From contig JYFJ02000973.1 in NCBI GenBank assembly GCA_000934665.2, positions 1 to 64,000 on the forward strand: DNA of 64,000 bases, given 5' to 3'. Below the pieces are notes generated by a model. The model worked only from the letters and a program-made list of their open reading frames with translations, ran no database searches and was not told the origin of the DNA. A program made the translations under genes and the position numbers. Below, piece by piece: positions 11,201 through 24,365 of this stretch (position 1 is its first letter; each line of letters begins with the position of its first letter). This DNA comes from Catajapyx aquilonaris. Lineage: Eukaryota.

Positions 11201-14200
11201 TCCGTCCAGGATAGCTTCGTGTTGTGTGTGAATTTGTTGCCTATCATGCTGTAGTCGGTTAGAAATTGCATAGTTCGGTTTACGCTGGAGCCTGCAAAAG
11301 ATTGCGAAACTTGTACCTTCCGACAATGTAATTTCAAATGATCGCAACGTACCCTTCAACGAAATATCTCTTCCGGAATCCTTCATCTTAACAATCATCT
11401 CGCCCTGGAATCTCTTCGTGTCCTTAAATTGCAAGTGGTACAAGTCTCCACTCACCGTGTACTGAAAATATTGTCAGACGCTATTATATTTTTAAAAAAA
11501 CGATATAATTCGTACTCACTTTTGAAGGCAACATGCGAGCACCATTGAACTCGAATTGCTTCTTGTAGAGCAGTCCGAACGGCCAGAGATGGTTGCTGAC
11601 CTCGACAAAAGTAGTCTCCGATTCCATCACATTGGAGATGCTCGAGTTGAAAGTGTAATCAGCGCCCAAGATACGTACGCTGTTGAAGTCGAGTCCAAAA
11701 TTGGCCACAATGTCGACTGGAACACCCTGCGGAAAATTTTGCAATACAAGTGTACGTTTGTACGTAATTTAAAAAATGGTGCTGTCATCTATTTCATTTT
11801 CCAATTGCGGACTCATACGTACTTTGTAGGAATAATAAAGGCTTCCGCTTTTTGCATTCTCCATCGGAAACGTCGCATCGATTCTTCCTTCAATTTCCGA
11901 CACATCCTTATTCTTCTGCGCAGAGTTCGTTACGTCGACCACAGCTTCCTTTCCAGACCAGAAAAATTCATACTTGCCATTGAACTGCTTCCTGCTGCGT
12001 ACAAAATTAGTATTTTAATGATCGCAATAATAATTACACGTGAGACAAAAAAAAAACGCTTTACTTTGCGAGACTGCTTTTGAAGTGCATCCTTCCCTCG
12101 GGTAATGCTTCGTAAGGTGTGGTCATGTTGACTACTCCGTCCATAGTCGGAAAGCGCTTCATGTGGATGTCAGTACTGATGGCGTACAGCTTCGAGAGAT
12201 GCTTTACGTCCAGCCTGTAAGTCATTTCTCGTTACAATACACATTCAACGTACTAGAGTGCGGAAAACCAAACGACGATCTGACGTCATCGTTGTCGTCA
12301 TCGTGTGAAGGTATTTCCATGTTGATGACGACAGATCGCCGTTTTGTTTTCCGCACTGTATTCATGTATCGAAGGATCAGTATAATTAGTAGCTTTCACA
12401 CACGGCAAGTTCAGCGACTTAGGTCCATCATTGCTCATCATTTCCTTCGCCAGGATATTGTACGACTTAAATGCTCACGGATTGTAAACTCACTTGGTCC
12501 TGTGTCGTCCCAGAACGAACAGGTATTCTCCAACAAGTTCGACCATCTTGTCCGGATGAGCAGCGGTACTCAGGTCGTACTGCAGCATCGCCTCGTTCTG
12601 CGCGTACCTGACCCTGAGGTCGTTCTCCATATGGTCACGGGGACTCCATTCCAGGCGGGAAGCGGCTGCAAAGTTCCCTCGCTTGTTATGAACTTTGAGG
12701 AAGCTCAGGTACTTCTTCTCGGTGTACAACGTGGAGTAACTCAAGGTGTTTTTGAACTCGTGAAAGCCACGCTCACGAATCAACGATGCATGTATGGTGT
12801 GAACTTCTATCTCCGGTATTGGTACGACTAGGTTCAGCGTTACGTCCGTTTCTTTGCCTGGTACGTAGCTTGCGGAACAGTTAGCGCCCACCCTGTAGGA
12901 GCATACGGAATTGTTTTAATGTACGTTAAACCGTCAAGATGCTATGTACTCACTCGAGACGTGGATTCGGCATGGAAAAGTGTAATCCAGCGTGAAAGTT
13001 GGTGTAATCGTGTCCCGGATTCTTGTAGCTTACGTGCAGATGAAACCCTTCCTTCATGGGCTCGTACTCCTCTCCCAGATCCTCGTACAGCTCGTCGTCT
13101 TCGATCGGCTCTTCCTCAACCTCCCACGAGAAGTACTTCACTTTAACGTCAAACGATTCCATCAATACCATGCTCCAGATCAGCTCGCCTTCTCCTGCAT
13201 CCTCGGGTTTGGTGTAGTTAAATACCAGCTGATGTTGCGTCTCGTCTATTAGGCTGTAAAATCACGTTCGCTTTTTAAAAAAATGTGCGGCACAAAACCT
13301 GAATTTGGAAACTTACTTGTACTGTCCTTGAAGGCTCACATTTTCCAATCCCTCGTACGGACTAAGCATCTCGAACGCAAACTCAAACTTCTCTCTAACC
13401 AGGTTTTGAAACTTGAAGTTGATGTTCAGATGCTCGAATCCGGCAAACGGTGTCGTCACCTAAGAAATTATTGGCAACGGTTTAATCTCAAGAAACTTTT
13501 TTTTTTCCCCCCGTAAAAAATTCTTGCCTGTATCTTTCCTTTCCATCTCGGACCATTTACTTCCATGTCGATTATTAGTTCAATCTCCTTATCGCCCCAA
13601 CGTATTGCGGATCTGGTTCCGAGGCTGGACTCGCTTGTCGGAAAGCTGACCATCACTTCCAGTTGCCGCATGCTCTCAAACGGAGTCACGACTATTCCTT
13701 GCATCTATAAAACGGTTGTCGGAAAATGAGTACGACCAATTTCGAATAAATTATTTTTCCGCACCTGTTTGATCATCTTATCGCTGATCTCCACGTCTCC
13801 TTCCGCTCTGATCACCTGCTGGTTCCAAGTGATTGTGAGAGACGCGTCGTACTTTCCTCTCTCCTTCGCATGGTAGCTAAGCACTGCCTCTGCTGCTCTG
13901 GGAAAGTTAACTGCTTGTTACACGCATGATTTTCTCAGGAAATGTAGTTTTTGTAACTCTTACCTCACATCGTCATAAGGCGTTTTGATGAAAGCGCGGA
14001 CATAGTTCGGTTCGAAGAACATATTGATAGAGTACGGCCTGGAATTAATGGAGAGCTCTAACGATGAGGACCTCTTCTTTTCCTCTGGGTTGTACGAGTA
14101 GTCCATATGGCCGCGGAGTGTCTCGTATCCTTCGAATGGCGACAGGATCTCGCATGACGCTTTGAAGTAGTTCGGAATTCGCTGCCATGATCCTTGAACT

Positions 14201-17200
14201 CTCAGCTGTTCATGAAACAAAATCGTTATCGCTCGGAAGACGGTCGATCCCAATTGCGACTTACCACTTTCAAACTGGGGTTGCTCAGTCCGAGATAAAG
14301 CTTGACGGTTGTCTCCGGATGTCTCGTATCCAAGCTACCTTCTATTCGCAAAGACTTAAAGTCTCCACCTGTTGACGCCACACTTAATGTAATTTCCTTC
14401 ATCGTCGGGTTGATCTGTAAATTAAAATGTATTTAACCTAATAATAATCACGGGTTGATTACAAAAGCCATACTTTTCCGTCTCCCATTATGTTCCACGT
14501 TCTATCTTGAGTTCGGATGAACAGTATGAGCTTGTAGTTTTCGTCATCTTCGACTCCAACAGTCAGGGTTATCTCCCTCAGTATTTGCATCGGAAAGTCA
14601 ATCTTGACACCGATGTTCTTAGTTCCTTTTATCGGAACATGTAAGGTTATGGACAGCCCGCACTGGAAGTAACATCATTTAAATCACACTGTCCAACATT
14701 TGATAGTACATTCGATTAAAATTAAACATGCCGTACGTCTGTCCACTGAATTCCATCGAAGCTCCATCGAGATTCAACTCCGAATGTGTACGTCTCGGCT
14801 TCCAGGTCGCTTTCCATCTGAAACTTCAGGTGGAAGTGACGAAGTGTATCATACGGAGTGTGCAGGCTGAACATGTTGCTGAAGTTCAGCAGATCCTTTA
14901 AAAAAAAAGGAGCAATATTTGTAGTCATAATTGGGTCGGAGGCATTGTTACGCTTACGTCCAACTGGAATCTGTCCTGCAAGCTGAACGGAGGTCCAAAC
15001 GGTGCGACGGTCATGTTGGCAAATATTATGTTGTCTTCTTGATGCAGAAGTATCGACGCGTGAAGCGGCGGGTAGATCAACGGATGTATTTCTATTTTTC
15101 CGAGCCATTCCAGCGGTTCATCTCGGAATGGCGAACTCTCAACACGCACTCCGAGCTGCCGAATGTCACGGAATTGTGTTACAATTAAGACCGCCCAATC
15201 CCGATGCAACTTACCCTGTCGTCGTTCAACTCGGCCCCGACATTAATTATAGTTTCATCGCCCAACTGGCACCGAACTTCCGCACCTATTCGCTTCAAGA
15301 ACTCCATCGGGGTTTGCAAACCTACACCAACCCACAAGTCGTTCGACGAAGCCGTATGAAACGACAGCATCACTCCCAGCGCATCTTCGCCGATGGAGCC
15401 CTTCATCTCTAACTGAAATTCAAAGGGCGCAATGTGCAATGTTCAAATGTAAATTCATGCCATGTAATTACCCGCTTGTCAAGAAGAGTGGCTAACAGTT
15501 CCGCGTTTTGAAACGGGCTTGTTAGTTGAAGGCGGCCGTCGAAGCTGGACCATGAGTTGTACTGAAGGCTTCCTTTGAACGTCAGCGAGTCTTCGGGCCA
15601 TTTCAGATCCAGGATGAACTTCCAGATGTCGACAGTGCTGACACTCAAAGTCACGGTAATGTTCTCGTATCCAGGCTGAGGCGTGTTGATCAGAAGGTTC
15701 CATCGTGCTTGTTTCTCGAAGCGCGGCGGACCTAACATTTCAGTATGTTAATTCCGATGAAACAAAAATTCATGAAGCGAGTAACTGACCTGTGATCTTC
15801 AGATTGTACTTATGCAAATCGATTTTGACCTCGACGTTCGATTCAATCTTTGAATTAAGATCTAACATATTGTGGCTGCTCAACTGCATGTTCTTAAAGC
15901 CTGAAAACGGTGTGATCACAGCCACGTTTCCAGTCGCATCCATAAGTTGCCGCTCCATCCGATAAGTCCACTCGCTCTTAACCAGTATCGTCTTATCGTC
16001 CGCCCACTGTTTGGCCGGAAATGTAATTAAAAAACCTTCGAAACAAATTGTAATGCGAGTGTAACGTACCTGCGCTTCAAAATTAGTCTTGATGTTATTA
16101 ACGTGATGGACATGTCGGAAGCTGCAGGTAAGATCCTCCCATCCCTTGATGGTGCTCGTAAGGTTCGAGCTAAACGCAGCTTCAATATGGCCAGCTTTGA
16201 ACTCGTGGTTTCCGGACAACGAGAGCAACAGCATCTGTTCTTTCAGCCATCCTCCTTCGATTCGCAATTCGACATCGTTCTTCGTCGTGATGCTGTGGGC
16301 GAATCACACAGGTATTTATTACGTAAAGTTGCGCTCACTTCACGACTTACAATTTACACACCTGGCTATAAAGTAGGTTTTGGGCCATTGCGGGAAAGGC
16401 GTCGTGACTTTCACTGCGATTCCGTCCGTTCCAGTCGCTTCGTCCAGCAATCCAACCATCGCGTCTGCATGGATAAGCTTACCCGGTTCCCATTCGAGGT
16501 TCAGATAGCCGTCAACTTTCCCATCTAAAAACGCAGCGTCTTAATGTACAGTTAATTAAATTAAATGATCTTAACGTACCATCGGCACCACCAGCTGCCG
16601 TTCCTTTAATTGTCCGTCCAGGGAAAACCAGTGACAGTTCGGACTTGTAGCGAGAATTGTGCGGTCGGTCGAGAGTGAGTTCGACGGCCACTTTTTGAGT
16701 CGGATCTCGGTTTGCATCCCACTTCAATTCGGTCAGAAACAGACGATGACTCGGATCATCTTTCAACCAGCATTTGAAGTAAAGATCACGTCGCCTTAAA
16801 AAAAAACGGTTTCGTAAACATATCGCAATTATCCTGCGATACTGTGTAATTGTGAATCTGTCTTACGTGTCCAAATGCAGGTCAACTTCCATCAGGTACT
16901 GTCGCTTGAGGTCAACCTTGAAATTGGCGGAATACATTCGGCTTCCCTTCCTGAACTCCGTATAAACAGTCATTTCTTCATGCGACGGACAGTTGTACTT
17001 GATTTTCACCACGTACGGTGTTCCCATGTACGTCACCTTTCAAATGTAAGACTCGTCATTAAATGTAACGACACAATTATTTCCGGATATACCTGTACGA
17101 CCAACTGCAAGTCAGTCTCATCTCGACTGAGCTTCCCCGTGACGACAGTGCTCTTCAGATGGTCCGTGTTGAGTTCAAAGTTCACTTCCACATCAAGTTT

Positions 17201-20200
17201 GGTCTTAGAGCTCCGATCCACGAAGGAGCCCATCAGGTTAAAGTTCTTGCCGTTCAGCCAACTTCCAGTAACCGTTCCCTGTTAATGTCCGAACATGTAC
17301 TGAAGAAAATGTACGTAGCAATTAAACCTACCTTGTACTCGCCAGGTTGCTGCTCCTGCAAATGTGCCGAGAGACTAATGGGGTGCGTCCCAGGCATAGT
17401 CAGATTCAAGCTTCCTTCGACGGACACAGTGCTTCCGGGCACCTTCTTCAGACTAAGGGAACTGACCACTTCCTTCTCTGGCTGGTACCTGAACCGGACT
17501 GATGAATCTAAGGTGTTTCCGAGAGCCAGATGGCTTATGGCTAGTAGGTAATCCATCCCGGAGCTGGGTTGCGACGCTTGAAGCCGACCCGTGAGACGAA
17601 CCCCTTCGTAGTTCGCACTGTACGTAAACTGCTGAAGGAGCGTTAACTTATGGCGGTCGTTCTTCTGCTCTTGGGAGTAATTCAGCTCTAAACGATTCTC
17701 CATATGGCCATCCGCACGCTGCAAATAATTAGCCGTTACTCTAACATAACGAGCCACGGTTTATCAACAGCAAACCTGGTATTGCCACGATCCGATAAAA
17801 TTCCACGACGGAAACTGCGTGAACTCGATATCCATATTAGAGAACATCTGGACCATCGATTTGGACGAGTGATTGCTCAACTTGCAGTCGATCTTCATGC
17901 TTTCTTTCCGTTTACCGGTCAGTTGGTACTCTAGTTTCATGCGCGTCGAGTACAGAAGGTCTCCTCGTTGGATCTGACCTGTTAGCTGGGCTGACAGAGG
18001 TGAAGCCTGGAGGTCAATCTTGACCTCGTAGTTGCTTATGCCTTTCTTGTACGACACATGAACTTCACCTGGAACATCAAGTTAATTTCAGATCTGTACG
18101 CAACCTTCGTACATACCGCAAATATCCGTACGTACCTCTGAGGTCCAACTGCTTTTCTCCGGACAACGTGAAGCTAGCACTTGGCGTGTACGTCACTGTA
18201 TTTCCAACAACACTTTGTTTAACTCCGGTCTGAGCGGAAAGCACTTCTTTTCCGTTCCACTCGAGTGACATGTCGATACTTCTCTCCGCATCTTCGTTCT
18301 TAAACTTGCCTGCAAAAGTCACACGCAATTGTATCGTGCGCTTCGTACAAACGGTTAAACGTACCTTTCGCTTCCACTCTTGTTCCGGGAACCTGAACGT
18401 AAAAGGCATAGTCGTTCGTTCCTTGGTCAATCAACACTTTCGCACTGACTTCCCTCTCTTGAGTCGACCCCTCGGCCGCAATCTTCGTGCTGACCACCAG
18501 CCTGTCTTTCGTCCTCTCCTGGCGTAGATCGAGTACGAAGCTGCGGATTCCAGGATCCGTCTTTTCCAGGCTCAGTCGGAAGGCAGATGGACCATTCAGC
18601 GGAAAGTCAGGTGCGGTTGTGTTAGGGTACAGCAAAGTCGTGCAGGTTCGGAGACCTAGAGTTCGCTCCAGGCTGATCCCGCTGCACCATTTCTCATCCA
18701 TGCCTTCAAAGTCCGGCGGTGTTTGCTTCCGTTCTTCTTTCCCGCGGGACACCAACAGTTCAGACCTGTGTGGACATTGCTTTACTTTCCAGTCACATTT
18801 CGACTTAAACGTTTGTCGTTACCTGACATGTATGACTTCCAGCTTTTCCTTGGGCATTCCGAATTCAACTCGAGCCAGTCGAGTTCCTTGTATGTCGACG
18901 CTTCCTTCAACGGCCATGGACGAATGAAGCTGCGTTCTCACTTTGATTCCTGACGATGCAACAGTCGCATCCATGTTCATGCTTCCGACAATCTCCACAG
19001 CTGCACTGTGACGCAACACAAATCATTCGCAATGACGCAATTTGCAAAAAAATTAGTAATTACCTCGGCTGGATTTTCCCTTCTATCTGGAACTCTCCCT
19101 TCTGAAATATAGCCGTGGATTTGGCCAGTCCGCGCATCTGAATGTCCAGCACCGCTGTTCCAAGTGTGCTGAGCTTCAACGGGAATCCAGCGCAGGTTGG
19201 AACAACCAGCGTCGAATCCAGAAACGTGAAGGAGTTCTGGTAACTCATTTCCTGCCAAATAATACGCATCGTAAGTGCCAAATTATTTTGATACTAACTA
19301 GAACGAACCTTTCCGGACACAAGTTGCTGAATAGCCTTCATCGGATCGACAGCATCGAACGACTGCGCAACTTCATCAAGCCCTGACCAGCTTGCGTATT
19401 TTATCTCGTTGCCGAACGTCTTTGTCGACAATGACAACTGCAACAAAAATTACATTTTAGACATGTTGTGATTCGTTTTAATCAGTCGAGTTTACTTGTG
19501 GTTCCGAGTAAAACCGATCCGCTGCGTTGAACGTCTTGTTGATTTGGGTCCATTTCCGCCTGCTGGGAACTGCTCGCTTCTTCCGCAATCCCTGCAGGAT
19601 CTCATGCATTGTCTTCTGGTGGAAACGACCTTTCGGTCCAAACAGCGACTCCAGATAGTGCTCCCAACCTTCGGCTCGTAACGTCAGCTGAAAATATCCT
19701 GTTGTTTTAACCAGGTTGTTGCCGACAACAACCACAACATGTTGCTTACCTCAAAAAGGTTGATTGACTGTCCGAACATGTCTACTGTCATATTAAGCAT
19801 GGCCGATCTCGGCACGAACGAGTTCGTTGAAAATATTACGTTACTTTCCGCACTTCCTCCTGCAAAAGTAGCTGCTCATAAATTGCTCCTTAAATGATAC
19901 TGAAAATAATTATACAAACCTATATTCAACTCATCATGAAACATTGACGCTTCAAGATTCTGCGAGAAAGTCCGTATGTCCGACTTGAAGTTCTTGTGCC
20001 ACTCCTCGTCTACGACTAGCCCTTGAATCTCAGCTTTGCTTGGCATCGAAGTCTCCTGCAAGTTTCTCAGGTGGCTCACAACAAACGCTCCGACTATAGA
20101 AATAACAATTGAACGTAATATGCGGTCAGTTGATTACACAAAGAAATGGTTATACCTTGATTGACTTCTTCATATTCGAGGACATCTTTGACTGCAAGGA

Positions 20201-23200
20201 TTGTCAAGTAATTAGGACAACGCATCAGGGTCAAGTAAGATGCGATTCTAAGTTCGGAGTCTTCGAGCTCATGACGAAACAAGTCCCAGAGCGGCTCTTG
20301 GTTATATCCGCATGGAAAGCGCCTGAAATAAAAAGTTGCGAACAAATTGGTTTGAATATTAGCCGTACAATTTAATAATTAAAAAGCATGCAACACTTTT
20401 CCAGACATTAAAATATTCCGCATTCATGTCCACTTTCCATACCTGAAGGCTTCAACGGCAGCGACTCTAACATCAACCGAACCTTCCTCGTTCAGTAGGC
20501 ACCTCTCCAGGCCTTCCACAACTTTCTCAGTCGACATCCCCAAATTTCCGATAGCCTTCAAGGTCACCAGCAGCTGGATTCACAAAAGAAAGTCGGTGTG
20601 TAAACATATTGCGTCTAATGTCGGAACTGCACTTGATGAGCAATTAATGCACGGTGCTCAGTACCTTTTCTTTAGAAGCTTTATCGTCGGCCGAGCACTC
20701 TTCGTCTATTCCTTCCAGTACATACTCTAATAACTGTTCGATCATCGAATCTTTAGAGCACAGAACGTTGTCGAGACAGTAAGTATGCAGGAGTGAAGAT
20801 GCGGGGAGAAGAAAATGCGACGGAGGACTCGGCAACTTTGTTAGGGACACCACTGCTTCAACCGTTAAGTGATCGGGCCTGCAAGATCGCATTAAAATTA
20901 ATTAGCAATTAATTACGCATTATTGAAGTCTTACTGCGGAAAAAAGGCGAGAGATTGCATCCAAGCCTCGGCCATATCGGTCGGCACAGTTTCCTCCCTG
21001 ATGTGATCCCTCATGAGAAAGACGGACGCACTCGTGTGCAATGCAGGGAGGGCATCCAGAAGCAATCGCCTTTTAACGTAGAGAGAAAAATTGGTCAATT
21101 GAACAGACAATTAAATTACTCTGTGACTCACTTGGCTTTGGAGCAGACAGAGGATGACGACCTGTACACTTGAGAGAGGTCTTTGTACTGCAAACCACGT
21201 AGAGTTGATACTAACTGGCTGAAGAGCTCGGCCGATTCCATTTCGGCACCATCCTGAATTGAAAGTAATGTAACATTATTACGATTGCTACGTTAGAGTG
21301 GGCATTAACGAGCTCGGGGTATGTTTGACACATAAAATTATGAAGCGAGACTTACAGCCGTTTTGGTGCAAAGTTCCTGCAGCGTTTGTCGTGCGCTGTC
21401 CATTGAAGCACTTCCAAACTCAGTGTCCTTGTGGTGATCAAATACGATGCTTTCTCTCCTTAGCGCCGCAACATTTTGAACTGGCGGATAACCAAGATTG
21501 GACGTCAGCAGCTCAAGCTCCTGCCGTATGAAGGTGACAGCACCGTTGCCGTCCTTAGCGAACGGCCTAAGCCGATGAGTCTCATTGCACTCTGAGCGTA
21601 CGATGAGGTGTCGCGATATGACCTGATCGCAATTGCTGCGTGAATCGAGCAATGGAAGCGATTGGTGTCCAGACGGAAAAGTGTACGGTACTCCTCTAGC
21701 AGCCGACACAAGTCCATATCTTTGCGAGCATGTGCTGAGGTCACGAGTCTTGCTTATCAAGAGCTTGCTTCCTTCGGTGCCTTCTAAGCTGTACGACACG
21801 TCACAAGCACCGTTTACATCCACCTACAATTGAACAGTGTTACGCAACGTTTCATAAAAACAATACTGTCAATCAGTCCAGTAACCTCTGATCCAGTATA
21901 GTCCATGTCCAGTCTTTTCATGGAGTTCACTAGTGCGGATAGTATTCCTCGCTTGATATTCAGCACCCATGTCGGTTCATCCAATTCGGGACACAGCTCT
22001 TCAATCACGCCATTGTGGTATGAAAACCTCAATGAATGTCGTGCCAATTCGTTCTGGAAAGTCACCTCATTGTCCACACTAGATCTTGATTCCGGATCGT
22101 TCGGATCCGAGTCTTGAAGCGTTACATGATTTAACTGTAAAGCAAACACTTTGTTCAATCGCATGTTAAATTTGTCGAGATATATTTACCGTGAGATGTC
22201 CTTCGCACGCTGTTGTGAAATACAGTTCAGCTTTTGCTGAGAAGTGAAGACGAGATTCTTCTGCACTGGTTCCTTCGAAACTGCTGGTTGTGTCGGTACT
22301 GTACCTATACGTGTATGTCTGTCCTACATCGTAACGCAGCTTGGACCCAACTAAGTTTAATTAGTAGAAAACAAATTATTAGTGTTAAAATAATACAGCT
22401 CATGTTGGACGCAAATACCTTCACACTGAGCTGGTCCGCATATATTGCTGCTATATAGAGGACCTGTCATAAATAAAAATTAAATATAAATAGATAAATA
22501 CATAAGTAATCTGTACATTCAATTAGTGCATGCAAATTACATTGAAAGTACTTTCCATGCAATTATTTCATGACATGTTTCATAATATTTCAATTAAAAA
22601 CGTGTGTACTTAGCGCATTCATAAAAGTGACGTACATTGAAAAATTAATTGTAATTATTTTATAATTGATTGGGACTGATCGTGCTCCAATATATTTTGC
22701 AATTCATTAAATAACACCACACGTCGCTGTGACGTCGGACAACTTTTTTTTATCATTCAAGACACATGATGAATCGGATGACATTGACCTCCCTCAGCGG
22801 AGCAAATATGCAGATTTTACATTCCCCCCTCAGACCCATCCAGGACATGTTTTGATCTGCTGGGGGGGTCAAAGGTCAAAAGAGTTTCTCGGACTGCTCA
22901 TCTGTTTCTAATAATTTGCCTGATATAGTTTATCAGATTTCAGGCGCCCGGAAAAGGTTTTTCTAATCAGCTGTGTACATAAGCCGTTGTGTGCCATAAA
23001 ATCATATATTTTGTGTCACAAAATTTAATCAATAAAATACCAATTAATTATTTGTAATTGGCTTTGGAGTATAACATTCAAAAATGTACTGATTGCACAT
23101 TATTAATTTATATTTATTATTATATTTATTATATTAATAACGTGCAATCAGTACATGTCGAAAACATGTTATTTACTCTCTTTTCATATCACATTTAATT

Positions 23201-23576
23201 TTAGCTCATACGACACACCCAATTAGATGACATTAACGGCCATCAATGGCTAATAAGACATACTAATTAGACGCATGAATCATGCCTTTTATCACTGTAC
23301 ATACGGCTGCTTAGTATTGCATTTTCAGTGGTCATGACATGATGCATCGCATGACATTTGGCAATATTTCTTATCGCACAACCGCATCAGCAAACTTTTA
23401 TGGGAACGGTCAGTAAAATATAACCATTTTTGTGCGTAATCGAATTGTCACCGCTTCATGCGAGTGTACGTCAACAATTAACAGCTGCGATGCCATAACT
23501 TGCAGAAACACTTACTGCTGTCCAATCCTTGCGCCAACAACAGCAGCACTATAACAGTCCCAGCCGCCTTCTTCAT
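5288..23576 (-). CDS. Apoltp: Large lipid transfer protein, apolipoprotein lipid transfer particle (apoLTP)/apolipophorin-like; roughly 60 exons and >4000 aa (estimates)
   Basis: Exon 1 (23576-23516) gives the signal peptide MKKAAGTVIVLLLLAQGLDS (in-frame ATGs also just upstream). It is followed by NICGPAQC, Vitellogenin_N motifs (YTYRY; EPTWVLNIKRGILSAL; DVNGACDVSY; LKAIGNLG; DSELRIASYLTLMRCP), DUF1943-like segments (FVPRSAMLN, LTLRAEGWE), a furin site RKKR (19585-19574), long beta-strand-rich exons, an amphipathic helical region (~7.9-9.9 kb), VWD (HFMTFDG...CAYVLA...GGLFGTLDHE), C8-like (VDPEPFYQIC), a VWA-like tail (DVVFLVEAKSC...FRPGASRTFILIPC) and a Cys-rich end. Most introns are GT-AG and 50-70 nt. 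Stop TAA at 5290-5288; AATAAA on minus at 5184-5179. The gene symbol is assigned from size and domain order, not from a search. Confidence 0.85.
22866..22878 (+). promoter_or_regulatory. Consensus DR1 nuclear-receptor element (HNF4/COUP-TF/RXR type) in intron 1 of the LLTP gene
   Basis: GGGTCA-A-AGGTCA. A second DR1-like GGTTCA-A-GGTTCA lies at 23807-23819 upstream of exon 1, with GATA (TGATAA) at ~23847. Motif match only. Confidence 0.4.
23084..23156. repeat. Short intronic palindrome/hairpin
   Basis: ATGTACTGATTGCAC (23084-23098) and GTGCAATCAGTACAT (23142-23156) are perfect reverse complements around an AT-rich, partly paired centre. Confidence 0.85.
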
Positions 23577-24168
23577 CTCGTCGTCGTATCCCATTATCAC
23601 CATACCATCGTGTGGCCAGCACTAATCACCATTAAAAATCCCCTCACTTATTTCCGTGTGGACGTCCGCCAACAATTACCGCCTTAAAAATTTGGCTGGG
23701 TTCACACACACGAGATGAGTGAGATGATCAGCCACGGATTGCCTCTCCTCCTTGAATGATTTGTGGACAAGGCTTTTAAAAGTCTAAAGGGGAGGAGAGG
23801 GAGATTGGTTCAAGGTTCACTGGGGATGACTTCCGATTAGTTGGCTTGATAAACCGGGAGGTCACAGGTTGTTGAGTCGGACTTTTACATTCAACAAATT
23901 TTCCAACTCATACTATTTCCCCCGAGTGAGACAGCTGAAATGATTGCCTACACTCCGAGGATACAGTTTGGCTGATACGCTTTTTTTAAAAAATTCAAGT
24001 GAAGTTAGCGCGTCGGGAAGAAAAATACCGCTAAATGAGATGGCAGTAATCTGAAAATCCTTGACCTCTCACTAGTGAACTTTAAACTCTCCAGTCTGCG
24101 GCTACAAACACCCAACATTGATACGTATCCCGGATCCTTAAAACAAGCACAGATTCACCAAATGCGTG

Positions 24169-24365
24169 CAATTATTCACCTCTTCCTATCAAAGAGCGCA
24201 ATCCTATCCTACAGCGCACAAAAATTATTCACCTTTTCCTATCCTACAGCGCAAACTATCAGCGGACCATAATTATTCACCTTTTCCTATCGGCGCACAA
24301 TAATTATTCACCTTTTCCTATCGGCGCACAATAATTATTCACCTTTTCCTATCCCACAGCGCGCG
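24169..24365 (+). repeat. Minisatellite, ~31-bp core AATTATTCACCTTTTCCTATC(GGCGCACAAT)
   Basis: About five copies are visible between the LLTP promoter and the UAP1 3' end. Confidence 0.9.

Noticed and set aside
5460..22458. Numerous plus-strand ORFs up to 222 aa
   Set aside because: Antisense to LLTP exons and with no recognisable domains.
24169..24365. CRISPR-like repeat-spacer array
   Set aside because: Eukaryotic context, the spacers are short and repetitive, and there are no cas genes; it is a minisatellite.
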